The notes beneath the pieces are model-generated. The model had not been told where the DNA came from, did not search any database, and saw only the letters and a program-made list of their open reading frames with translations. DNA of 64,000 nucleotides from Cyanidioschyzon merolae (taxonomy: Eukaryota), in assembly GCA_000091205.1 (NCBI GenBank), contig AP006500.2, one strand, 5' to 3'. Shown here one piece after another: positions 33,480 to 44,278 of this stretch. The position numbers were made by a program, and so were the translations under genes. Numbering within the stretch: position 1 is the first letter of the stretch; every line of letters starts with the position of its first letter.

Positions 33480-34968
33480 CGATCTGGCACTGAACGCCGC
33501 AGTTGCGCTGCGAATCGATGACGCTGCCAGCACCGGTACCGACATCCATCGAGGAGCCGTCCTGGAGCGCACGCTTACGACGGGAATGCACTGATCGCAC
33601 TATTGGATAAGCGCTCGCTTCGAGCATCCGAGAGCATCTAACGGTACGATGTGCGCTGGTGTACTGTGCAGCAAGCCACGCTGGAGCCCAGTAGCGGGCA
33701 CAAGGCAGCCAGCGGCTTGTCCGGACTACAGGGGCAGCGCGAGCGCCTGCGCAAGGCGATTCGTCGCTGTGTGCCGCCGGGCAATGCAGCCTATCGCCTG
33801 TGAAAGCAGCGAGTCGCAGGGCTGCCGCTTGTATGCAATATTTGCGCTGCGTTCGCTTGTAATGACCATGATAGCCTACTGAGGAGTAAGTGTCAGGTGG
33901 ATTACCTGGTAACAGGTGCTGGGATCCATTGGGCGACCATTAGGCTCAAATTTGACGTTTATGTGTCTCCAATGCGAACCTGATTCACAAACAACTGGAA
34001 AAGATGACTGCTCGTAGATATCCTTGCATCAGAGTGCTACTCTTGATTTACAATGTATGTAACATATGGGAAAGATGCTCCGCGGCAATCGTGGCTGCGG
34101 CGATCGATCGTGCAGTACCGCAGGTACGGGCGATACGTTCGCTCCGAGTGGCGGCTGCACAAAACTGCCCGGAGCATGTGCTTGCTCCAGTGCCCAACCT
34201 GGTGCTTTATTTGCGACCCTTTGGGCGCATTTTTAATGTACGCCAGATGCCAGCTACGCAGGATGGACGCGACGCCGTCCATTCTTCGACTTCGGACTCG
34301 TACCAGTGCACGCTCTCTACCATGACGTTTGTGTCGTGGCAACGCTGGATGCGCTGCGCAATCGCCATAGCGAGCTGCTCTTCGGAAGCCGACCAGCGTG
34401 CATCGTCCATGAGCTCGGGTACGGTTTCATCGATCCATTCAGACGTAACCTCTTCGAACACGTAAACGGAACGCATAGGGTATCGTGTGTCGGTTGCACT
34501 GTTCGAGTCCTCCAGGCGAAACGCTGTATACTGCATGATCTCGTGGTGTCTGTAGAGACGCTTCGTGCTGCGAACAACACCAACGCCTTATGGAGTGAGT
34601 CAGTACCCGTTGAGCAGCAACGCAAACCAGTCGAGCGATCATCTCGAAGAAAGCGTCAGTCAAACGTTCTGAACACACACTGACGACTCGTGTCAAAGAC
34701 ACTGCACTTTAGGAATCAGGCACGACCCGCGTGCCCTGTCAATCCAACAGTGCGCCGTTGATTCGGATGACTAGTCCAGCGGGTCAAGGGCGCTGCGATC
34801 GGAATCAACGCTTGACCGACAGTCGCTGCACGATGTAGTGCTTTTGCAGTTTCGCTCTATGAGTGACACAGGTGCGCTATGCAGTCCAGCGTCTTGAGTG
34901 CTTTCTGGAAATAGCGTGATACGGTTCAAGGAGCGAACAGACACGCTTGCGGCTAAGCTTGATCGTTC

Positions 34969-37032
34969 ATGGCGGAAGAGCCGGCGACTCCAGCAGACAC
35001 CGAGCTGCGGGACTCGCAAGGCGCTGACACTAGCCGGGAAGGGTCCTGGAGCCCCCACGAGTACCTCATTGAGCAGCCGCTGCACGTAAAGCAGCACCAA
35101 GGCGACGAGGCATCAGTTGCGGCCGACAGCGCACTGCCAACTGCCGAGACGGCTATGTGCACTGCACCAGCGCTGATGGAATACGAGGGTGATCGTCAGA
35201 GCAAAAGGGCTCGCGCCTCGGAGCTGGACTGGTCACCAGCGCTACCTCAAGGCAAAGATGAAGCATCAGCAACTGCTCACAAGACAAATAGTGAACATCT
35301 CGGGTCAGAGAGCCCCGACGATGTTGAGAAATCGAGTACGCCAGGTCATACGGACACAGAACTGGACAGGAATAGCACGTTAGTGTCGAACGCGGATCAC
35401 GCACGAGAACCCCTGGAGCGACGCCCTGGTGGTGACTATGACGAGCGCGACGCTTGTGCGACTACAGCTATGACAACGGGCGCTGCACCCCAAGACCCCG
35501 GGGACGAATGCAACGGCGACAGCGACGCTGCATCCACTGTCGACACAGAGCTCCTATTCGAGACACCGCTCGCCATCCTGAAAAAGTTCCTGGATGGCCA
35601 CTGGGTAGATGCCGGTCGCGGTCCAGTGCGCATTCTACGCCTACGCAGGTGCAGCGAGTCATCGGGCAACACAGAGACGTTTCTGCGCATGGACAGCGGC
35701 CTGCGCCCAGTGCTTTACCTCAGACTGGAGCACGAAACGGCACGTACTGCGCGATGGGAAAAAGTTCGCGAACGAAGTATCCGGTTTCTGTGTCCAGTCA
35801 GCGGGCAGGGCCCAGTGATGTGTGTGTTGCAGTTGCGCAATGCAGCGACTGCAGACAAGCTGCTGGCCCTGATCGAGCAGGTGGCGTTTGCTGCGGCCAA
35901 CAAGGCGCCAGTGGCATCGTATACTGAGCGTTCAACTGGCGTTCAGTACTCGAGTAGCTTTACTGAGCTGTGGACTAGATTCCAGGCAGACACAGTACCT
36001 GTTTTGGAGCAGCATCGAGAAAAAGCGCTCGACGATGACGAGACGGCTACTGCTCCTCGGGTTGTGCGCTTGGAGCAGCTCATCGATGCCTCACGCAAGA
36101 CGCTCGAGCTGCAGGACGCAGCGCAAGAGCGTCTCCTTCAGCTCCTAGAGGAAGCACGCGAGACTTGCACCCGGACAGAGCGCGAGCTCCAGACTGTGCA
36201 CCAGCGTCTGTGCCGGCGCATCGCAGCCGTGGAGCCGCAGCTCTCCAAGCTGAGGTCTAGTCTGGGACCCGTCGACTCGCCCGCACCGCTGACATCGGAT
36301 CCTGCGAAAGCGCTTTCCAACAATGACCTGATGATCACGTCGGTAGAGAGGCGTGCAGTGGAGGCATCCGCGTATGCAGATCCTGCCGACTTTCTTGGTT
36401 TCTGCGCGCGCTTATGCTCGTTTCGACCAAGCTGCTTCAAGCAGATGCGCTTAGAAGAGAAAGGGGCACAGGGCACGGGATATCCGCTTGTTATTGAGCT
36501 CGCACTTGGCGGATGGACGTATCTCTTGTCTGGGGCGTTGCACTGTGGGCGCTGCGGGGCCACATCAGCTGTCAGTGAACTCGTGAACGAGTCGGAATCC
36601 AGTGCACAGGGATGCAGACACCAGCCTGGGTGTCGCTGGCTCAGCGAGCGCTCTCCGACGACTTTTGCGTCGTTTCGTGCGGACTCGTCCACAAGTCGGA
36701 CGGAAGCATGCTGGGCACTGCACCTCGCTGACGCAGTCCGCTACTTGCGCGACGCACTGGAACGCTCCGCGTCTCCAAATGCCTCTGTTACTGAGCGTGT
36801 TGCATTTCGCAAGCTAGCCAGTCATGGTTGGGTATGCCAAACGCGGCAGGAGCGACTGCTTTTTTCCTGTATGTTCTGCGGGACACCGCGTTTCATGGCT
36901 CAGAGCGAGATCGAGCGTAGCCTCGACTCGACCGCAGCCGCAGGTCACCATCGCAGGTACTGTGCGTTCGCGGATACCACTGTTGCTGTCGATATCGAGC
37001 AGCAGCTACGAAATGGAACATCTGCAGCCTGA
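34969..37032 (+). CDS. Ran-binding-domain (RanBD, PH-like) containing protein, acidic N-terminal region
   Basis: Segment ELLFETPLAILKKFLDGHWVDAGRGPVRILRLRR...TFLRMDSGLRPVLYLRLEH...VMCVLQLRNAATADKLLALIEQ is colinear with RanBP1-type RanBD (EELFKMRAKLFRF...EWKERGTGDVKLL...RLLMRRDKTLKICANHYI...LLAIRFLNAENAQKF). Confidence 0.5.
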   Translation: MAEEPATPADTELRDSQGADTSREGSWSPHEYLIEQPLHVKQHQGDEASVAADSALPTAETAMCTAPALMEYEGDRQSKRARASELDWSPALPQGKDEASATAHKTNSEHLGSESPDDVEKSSTPGHTDTELDRNSTLVSNADHAREPLERRPGGDYDERDACATTAMTTGAAPQDPGDECNGDSDAASTVDTELLFETPLAILKKFLDGHWVDAGRGPVRILRLRRCSESSGNTETFLRMDSGLRPVLYLRLEHETARTARWEKVRERSIRFLCPVSGQGPVMCVLQLRNAATADKLLALIEQVAFAAANKAPVASYTERSTGVQYSSSFTELWTRFQADTVPVLEQHREKALDDDETATAPRVVRLEQLIDASRKTLELQDAAQERLLQLLEEARETCTRTERELQTVHQRLCRRIAAVEPQLSKLRSSLGPVDSPAPLTSDPAKALSNNDLMITSVERRAVEASAYADPADFLGFCARLCSFRPSCFKQMRLEEKGAQGTGYPLVIELALGGWTYLLSGALHCGRCGATSAVSELVNESESSAQGCRHQPGCRWLSERSPTTFASFRADSSTSRTEACWALHLADAVRYLRDALERSASPNASVTERVAFRKLASHGWVCQTRQERLLFSCMFCGTPRFMAQSEIERSLDSTAAAGHHRRYCAFADTTVAVDIEQQLRNGTSAA

Positions 37033-38257
37033 CGCGTATCGTATGGATTGCGTAGAGCTCATTCGAACATGCATGGATACTTCGCAGGCAGTGCTCAGTG
37101 CTCTCTTGGATGGAGAGCAGGTCCCAAACGAGCGCACGTACCTGCCAGCGACGTCTAGACTGGAGCACCCGACAAGCAGCCGCACCAGATCACTTTTTGA
37201 CATCAAGGCAGCTGGCTGCGTACCATTCGCTGGCCTGTAAACAAGCATGGATGTAGCGTTGCAGAAACATCGACGATACGCAGCACCTCTCTGAAGTTTT
37301 ATGGATACCGACGCAAGCTGCTTCCTGGCGATGGCGAATGCAGGTGCCTCATGGACAAGCGTTTGATGCAGCGACAGACGCCACGGCAAGCGCGTCTACG
37401 CGGTATGCTAGGCCTCTGCTTGCATCGTTGAATGCGGGGAATGACGCTGAAACTGCGAGAGACTGGCACTTTCCATGGCCCAGTGTTCGCCTGTCGAGCG
37501 CGTGTCTTACAAGGCCCGGAGCAACCCCAGTTGAATTCGTGAGCAGAGTCAGTGCGGGGCAAGACTAGTAGACTCGATCGAGTGGGTACGTGACGGGAAG
37601 CTGGACGGCATATTGCGCAGGTGCGATAGCGTAGAAGTGGAGTCACACCATGGTGGTGCTCTGATAACCTGGTGTACCAAGATGGACAAGGGCACTGGGT
37701 TTGCGCTCTGGCTGAACAGTTGCACCTGATGTCGACACTGCGTTATGGGTACGCTGCAGTCGACTCTGGATTCAATACGTTATTCACCAAGTTTCGTTAA
37801 CATGTTGACCAGAGGAAGCAACATAGCGTCGCCTATCCGGATCAATCGACGATTGGTACCTCATTGCGCTTCAAGCGGCATACAAGCACGCAGGCGCTTT
37901 CTTAAACGTCGCCGCCGTCACCAGCGCAACCTGTTCCACGTCACGATACTTTGACAGACTCTGAGCACCCTTCCAGTCCAAGCGCTTCCCCGTAGACAGT
38001 GTAGTAGCAGTAGCGGCACTGGTATCGTCGCTGCCTGTCCTAAGCACTGGATACCGCTGCTCCTGCTTCTAGAATACCCAGGCAATGCTGCCTTCGCCGC
38101 TGACAACCCTCACCAATCGATAAGCAACTCGACGCAGCGGGCGCCTTGCAAGCCGTTCTGCGTACGGCTCCCGTCAAGGTTCCGTAGACGTTCGTGATAG
38201 GAGCTACAACGCTGACGTTACTTGTCTGCTGCACCAATGCCTGTCTGACGGTTACCA

Positions 38258-40075
38258 ATGTTCATAACAGCACACTGTTTTCGTCATTGTATACAGGGCG
38301 TCGGCTCAACGAGCTGGCACACCAGGGACTGCCCTCGGGGACGATCGAAAAGGTGCCGCCCGGTGTGCGCTTCCCGAGCACTCCCAGCGCTACGTGCCAC
38401 GCAGGATCGTACAGAGACTGCTGCGAAACTGACAGTGGCGAGTAATGGTGATGCTCCAGTTTACTGCTACATCACCAGCTCACCGTTCAAGAACGATTAC
38501 CTGGAGCGCGTCCTTAACGCCCGCGTTTACGAAGCGGCCGTTGAGACACCGCTTGACAACGCTCCGCTGCTGTCGCGTCGCCTTGGTCGACGAGTCCTGC
38601 TCAAACGCGAGGATCTCCAGCCAGTTTTCAGTTTCAAGATCCGTGGCGCCTACAATATGATCGCACTCACAGACATGAGCCAGTACGAAGGCGGAGTCGT
38701 TGCAGCCTCCGCTGGTAACCACGCGCAGGGCGTTGCACTGAGTGCGCAGCTGCTCGGGTTGCGTGCCACCATCGTGATGCCTTGCACCACACCGTCGATC
38801 AAAGTGAATGCGGTTCATCAACGAGGCGCTGAAGCCGTGCTCCACGGCGACACGTTCGATGACGCACAGGCACATGCACTGGCGCTGGCAGCGGAGCGTG
38901 GGGCGCTTTTCGTGCCCCCGTTCGACCATCCCGATATCATTGCGGGTCAGGGAACGATCGCTCTGGAGATACTTCGCAAGCATCCTGGACCCATTGAGGC
39001 AATTTTTGTGCCAGTTGGTGGGGGCGGTCTCATCGCTGGCATTGCTGTGGTTGTGAAGCGCCTTCGTCCCGAGATACGGATTATCGGTGTCGAGCCGTTC
39101 GATGCCGATGCCATGTACCAGAGCCTGCAGGCTAGTCAACGGGTCCGTTTGGCGCAGGTCGGGGTATTCGCTGATGGGGTTGCAGTGAAAGAGGTCGGCA
39201 CCGAGACGTTTCGCCTGTGTCGAGACCTCGTCGATGAGGTCATCCGCGTCGAGAACGACGAAATCTGCGCAGCCATTAAGGACATGTTCGAGGACACACG
39301 CTCGATCCTGGAGCCGGCTGGGGCACTCGCTATTGCCGGCTTGAAGCGCTACGCGCAGCGGAACATGGACACTAGCACTAGCACTAGTAGTAGCAGTAGC
39401 AGCAATAGCAATAGCAGTAGCAGTGGTACCCTCATTGCCATTGCGAGCGGTGCGAACACCAACTTCGATCGACTTCGACACGTCAGTGAGCGAGCAGAGA
39501 TCGGCGAGCACCGTGAGGCGGTACTAGCGGTTCGTATCCCGGAACGGCCGGGTGCCTTTCGGGCGATGATGAACGCACTCGGGCCGGGTGCCAATATCAC
39601 CGAGTTCAACTACCGCTACGCATCACCGGAAGTTGCGCATGTGTTTGTGGGACTCTCGGTCTCGGATCGACGCGGTGCTGCAGCAGCAATATCAAAGCTT
39701 GCCGCCCAAGGTTTTGCGGCTACAGATCTCACCGACAATGAGATGGCGAAGTTGCACTTGCGCCACTGCGTTGGGGGCATGGGTGGACCACATTTCGCCC
39801 CAGCGCACGAGATTGTCTACCGCTTTGAGTTCCCGGAGCGCCCAGGGGCGCTAGCACGATTCCTGAATGGTCTTCGTGGCTGGAATATTACCCTGTTTCA
39901 TTATCGGAATCACGGTAGCGATGTTGGTCGGGTGCTTGTCGGCTTGCAGGTGCCGCCATTGGAGCGTTCCACCTTCTTAGAGTTTGTGGAGCGCCTTGGC
40001 TACGCGTACGTGGACGAGACCCAGAATATCGCCTACCGGATGTTTCTGCGTCCGTTACCGAAGAACGAATCTTGA
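38258..40075 (+). CDS. Threonine dehydratase (threonine deaminase, biosynthetic, PLP-dependent) with N-terminal extension (probable organellar targeting peptide) and two C-terminal ACT-like regulatory domains
   Basis: PLP-binding motif FSFKIRGAYNMI, catalytic core (AASAGNHAQGVALSA, GGGGLIAGIA) and tandem regulatory domains (EFNYRYASPEVAHVFVGL; LFHYRNHGSDVGRVLVGLQV); about 75 aa R/S/A-rich leader upstream of the conserved core. Confidence 0.85.
   Translation: MFITAHCFRHCIQGVGSTSWHTRDCPRGRSKRCRPVCASRALPALRATQDRTETAAKLTVASNGDAPVYCYITSSPFKNDYLERVLNARVYEAAVETPLDNAPLLSRRLGRRVLLKREDLQPVFSFKIRGAYNMIALTDMSQYEGGVVAASAGNHAQGVALSAQLLGLRATIVMPCTTPSIKVNAVHQRGAEAVLHGDTFDDAQAHALALAAERGALFVPPFDHPDIIAGQGTIALEILRKHPGPIEAIFVPVGGGGLIAGIAVVVKRLRPEIRIIGVEPFDADAMYQSLQASQRVRLAQVGVFADGVAVKEVGTETFRLCRDLVDEVIRVENDEICAAIKDMFEDTRSILEPAGALAIAGLKRYAQRNMDTSTSTSSSSSSNSNSSSSGTLIAIASGANTNFDRLRHVSERAEIGEHREAVLAVRIPERPGAFRAMMNALGPGANITEFNYRYASPEVAHVFVGLSVSDRRGAAAAISKLAAQGFAATDLTDNEMAKLHLRHCVGGMGGPHFAPAHEIVYRFEFPERPGALARFLNGLRGWNITLFHYRNHGSDVGRVLVGLQVPPLERSTFLEFVERLGYAYVDETQNIAYRMFLRPLPKNES
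39361..39425. repeat. Imperfect (AGC/AGT)n microsatellite encoding a Ser/Thr/Asn linker (TSTSTSSSSSSNSNSSSSG) between catalytic and regulatory domains of threonine dehydratase
   Basis: actagcactagcactagtagtagcagtagcagcaatagcaatagcagtagcagtgg read directly. Confidence 0.7.
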
Positions 40076-41276
40076 GGAGCACACGAACAATTGTTTGTCC
40101 CGAAGCAGACACATCAGAATCTCTGTTAGTGCACATGTCTCGACACGATGAGAATCCGCCGATACCGTGGAGTCCTCTGATCCGAATATGATGCACGAGA
40201 CGTCGGGCCTTGTTTTCGCACGATCCGATCGAAGAAGGCAGTTGGGCTCCACTGCTTGCGCACCTGGTGCCGGCGACCAGGGAATGAACTTCAGTGCCGC
40301 CCCAGCGACGCTTCTGGGTTCCACGGGATCCAGATGAGGCTCGCTATTCGGCGCAGAGGCCCAATGGAGACCGCAATTCCTTGGGGTAGAGAGCCTCAAG
40401 CCAGCGCTTGCTCCCGCGCCCAAATACGCCGCCATGGTCGCTATCTGGACGCAGCACTGCTTCGCCAGTTTCTCGCTGGCGTTTGCTCTAGGTTCGCTGT
40501 ACTCCTCGCCTGTCATGAGAATGGAAGCGCTTTTTAAACCACTTTTGTGGAAGCATTGCCACTGCAAAAAAGACGCGACTTTGTTCACGTTGGACGACGG
40601 GCAACGCTCCAGAATTTGCCGAAGACGCATCCATATCGTATCGCTGACGCGAGCTAGATCAGCGGATCCACCAGCAAGTCGCTTTTGCGAGAAACGCATC
40701 CACATGACCCAGCTAATGATCCAGATGCAACGCTGTCCCGTGGATGCTCAACATCGCGTTCGTGGTAGACTTTTCCACGCGTGCACGCGAGACGCGAGCG
40801 ATAAAGTACCTCATAGAACCAGAGTCAGGTAAACGCAGTCCACAGTCGGTGACAGAATTCGTATCGTCCCGATTCTTTGTTTTAGAGATTGCTACCATAG
40901 ACCGGAGATGTCTGATTGTGCGCTTGCCATCGGCGATCGGGAAGGCTTCCATCGTTCCAGCCACCTGCTGGCTCCGCTATCCACTATGATCTTCAGAGAG
41001 ACGGATCATTTTCCACGTTCCTTCGCGCGTCGAGTCTCTGAGAAGCGTCCACCATCGTGCCTGTTGCGTCAGTCCGGGATGCAGCACGCATGCAGAGCGG
41101 CCTTGCTATACCACGGAAGCCGTCAGCTCGGAATTCCCGCTGATGTCGATGCATACCATAAACAGACGGAGGATGCGTTGTGCACCTCCAGAAACAGAGG
41201 CAACACGCTTTGCGTCCATACTCGAGTTTACTGCCAAGGTGCGCACTGATTCGCATCCATCCTAGTCTGAAACACT

Positions 41277-42215
41277 CTATCTCGGCCTGAAATCCGCGAT
41301 ACTCTCACAGTAAAAGTCTGGGATGACCTCATCCTGGCTGAAGAGACGTTCCTTCGTGGTGACACCACTCAAACACAGAACTGCTCTGGTACCGTTGCGC
41401 TTCCCGAACAGCACATCCGTATCAAGGCGATCGCCAACAACGCAAATCTCACTTTTTGGAATGTGGAATTTGTTTGCCAGATAGTCAATCATAAGTGGGC
41501 TCGGTTTGCCGACGACGGTCGGCTCCACCTGCGTGCAGCCACGGATAGCGCCAACCATGGTGCCGTTTCCTGCCCACTCCTGTGCATCTGTGAGATGCGT
41601 CACAGCGTCCGTGTTCGTCGCTATAAATTCAGCTTTGAGCTCTCGAATGCATACATTGGCGTACTGCGCTTTGTAATAGTTAAAGTAGCGATCGAACCCG
41701 ACCACGACGGCGCCGACCATGGGGTCAACCTCGAGTTTATCGCCGGGGCCCATACGCGGCTGCTTGTCCTTGTCGGCAGGACCTCCGATATGTGGAATCC
41801 CCAGTAAATCAAGTTCCTCCTCAATCCCGACTTCGCCGATGATATACACCTTCTTGCCGGTGGCCTTGAAGTTTTTCGATTCCAAGTATGCCGCTGCAGC
41901 AAAGGATGACGAGAAAATCTCTTCGGGACTAATTTTAAGCCCCAAGGAGGTAAACTTCTTCACATAGCCTGCCCGGGATTTGGTGGAGTTGTTCGTTACG
42001 AAGAAGCAGCGCTTGCCAATGCTGCGCAAGTAGTCGAGGGTTTCCGGCACTCCTGCGATCAGCTTATCGCCAAGCCAAATAACACCATCACAGTCAAAGA
42101 GAAATACTGAGGTCGAGTTCAGGAGCTCCTGCTCCGGATCCTGGAGCTTTCGAAAAACCGCTGTGCCGTTTTCTGCGACTGTCGTTGGTTGTGCGCTGCC
42201 TGTCGTTGTGCTCAT
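41277..42215 (-). CDS. HAD-IIA family phosphatase (phosphoglycolate phosphatase / p-nitrophenylphosphatase PHO13-like); ORF-track entry begins at TTG 42560, functional start is the internal ATG (MSTTTGS...) about 42215-42217
   Basis: HAD motif I FLFDCDGVIW, FFVTNNSTKSR, C-terminal GDRLDTDVLFG motif; colinear with PGP/PHO13-type enzymes. Confidence 0.75.
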   Translation of the reverse strand: MSTTTGSAQPTTVAENGTAVFRKLQDPEQELLNSTSVFLFDCDGVIWLGDKLIAGVPETLDYLRSIGKRCFFVTNNSTKSRAGYVKKFTSLGLKISPEEIFSSSFAAAAYLESKNFKATGKKVYIIGEVGIEEELDLLGIPHIGGPADKDKQPRMGPGDKLEVDPMVGAVVVGFDRYFNYYKAQYANVCIRELKAEFIATNTDAVTHLTDAQEWAGNGTMVGAIRGCTQVEPTVVGKPSPLMIDYLANKFHIPKSEICVVGDRLDTDVLFGKRNGTRAVLCLSGVTTKERLFSQDEVIPDFYCESIADFRPR

Positions 42216-44278
42216 GGTCAGCTGCGCGTTGACGTACGCGATAGATAGCGGACGGCGCCGCGCTTTCAGGGCAAAAGACTTGTTTTGACTAGTTCGGCAC
42301 GAATTTGCGTCACTGAGGTGCCTAGGATAGGCGCTATGTGTCGCAGAAGTGTGCAACACCGTGAATTTACTGCGGAGTGCGCACTGCACACTCTGGACGA
42401 AAGCGCTTCCTTGTGACATAACAGAACCGTTGAAATGCGAGACAGGCGGCTGAACTGTGCAAGCACGTGGCAGCGACCAAAGTCCTTTCGTATGAGAAGG
42501 CCAATTACTTGCCGCGATGTGGCAGACGACGACCTCAACGACAACGCTCTGGTGCCACAATGACGGAAGAGAAGCGCATCATGCGCATCGAAGGCTGCTC
42601 TGCGGTCTATGCGGCAGCGCTGTTGTGGTCGCCACGCATTCTCGCGCGCTCCGAGACTATGAATCGAACCCGAGTTTCATGGCGGTGCGCAGCTGCAAAC
42701 GTAACCTCTACATACAGGTATTCTCGTGCAGCTGGTCCAAGAGCGGCATATCCAAAAGTAATAGTGGTTAGATGTGGTAGTTTTGGCGGCTGTTGTTGAA
42801 GCATTTCATGAAGAGACGGAAAAAGCGTTCGACGCTTCGCTTCCCGTTTTCATCTGCTTCGTGGACTGCTTCGAGGCGCTCTTGGACGCAGTAACACTAG
42901 TGTTTCTTTGGGTGTTGCCATATGTGCACGTCACATACCTCGCTCGATCATTGTCCTGTGCCGCTTGAACGCTTGATTCACCGCTCGGTAAGGGCACTTG
43001 ACAGGCACAGCGAGCGCTCCTCGATACCGTCCCGCGTTTATGCACACCGGGGCTGTATCGTACGATTACGGGCTTCTTCCGGGAGATCCCGTCGGCAAAC
43101 ACGCTGTCCGCTGCACACAGGAGCGGACGCTCTTCCATTCGATAAAGTACTTGTGTAACATGATGTTGTCCATGATGAAGGAAGCGCGGGAAATAGAACC
43201 ACGCATCAAGAGCAAGTCGAGAAATTTCGATTTTTCTTTCGCTTTCTTCGGGGGAAACGGTGACTCAGTCTGCACTGGGAGCGACTGCTGTGATGACCCA
43301 CAACCGAGCCCAATACACTTTTCTATGCAAACGGAAGAGACAGGAGCACCCAAAGAGCATGACGTGTGAGAGATATGATGCTGCTGTGGAGTACTGTTTC
43401 GTCGACGACCAGACAGATATGTTGCTTTGCCTCTCGGCCTGAATTGTTTTATCGGTGGGAGAAATTCAATGAACTTTAGGAATGAGCTTGTGAGGAAATC
43501 CTTCAAGCACGAGCTCTATTCTTCGTCGTCGTCAGTCCAGCGGAGCGACTTGCTGCACCCCCAACTTGCCCGGTAACCGAAAGAACGAAAACTTGATGAG
43601 TTTGCGTGATTCGAGCAATGCTTCACCTAAGGAAACGAAACGAATGGATGCTTATACCTATGATTTAGATAATGATATCGGTTATTCATAAAACCCTATT
43701 TCGAGTGTATTGCGATTTAGCTTGATTCTAGTTCTGGTATACATGCCAGCGGCAAAGCGCCAAATGAGCCCTTCCAAAAATGCGACGAAACACATCAAAA
43801 TACATATGACTCGGCAATGCCTTATCGCTGCACATGTATTGTCGAGGCTGTCACTGTAAGAGAAAGCCCCTAACAATCGACACACAGGAACAGAGCGACC
43901 AGTTCAGTGTTCCACGGGAACCAGACGCTAGTGTAGCCGCGTGGCCCCTGTTAGCGTCCACGCGCCTGCAGAGCGCCATGCGCGATGCCACGTTCCCAGT
44001 CGGTGCACGATCCAGGACGGCCTCCTGTTTGTCCTGGTATCCTGCGAGACCTTGTAGCAGCTGCAAGGCTGTGCTTTCAGCTCAGGACAAGGCACGTGAG
44101 CTTCGAAATCCCCTTGAGGTGTGTGTGCTGCGTTTACTTGGTGAAGCTTCTGTTTCTCCAGAAGCATATTGAACGGGTAACTGGTGCAAAGCGGCGCCTT
44201 CATCTGAGCTCGCACTGGAGCGCAGGCTTCGACAGTCTTTTCTCGAAGCACCATACACAACTGAAATGCACTGCGCTC

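Noticed and set aside
34480-34520. tRNA-like T-loop motif (ttcgagtcc)
   Set aside because: No acceptor-stem pairing, D-loop GG or anticodon arm can be drawn around it. It is an isolated motif match.
40055-40705. 216-aa minus-strand ORF converging on and overlapping the threonine dehydratase 3' end
   Set aside because: No recognisable motif; it overlaps competing plus-strand ORFs in GC-rich DNA. It could be real but there is insufficient evidence to call it.
42216-42560. 115-aa N-terminal extension of the HAD phosphatase ORF (and similar extensions on the IBTK-like, CCT, DDX11 and TVP23 ORFs)
   Set aside because: The ORF track starts these at TTG/GTG codons (verified at 42560 and 30482). The conserved domains begin at internal ATGs, so the extensions are most likely untranslated.
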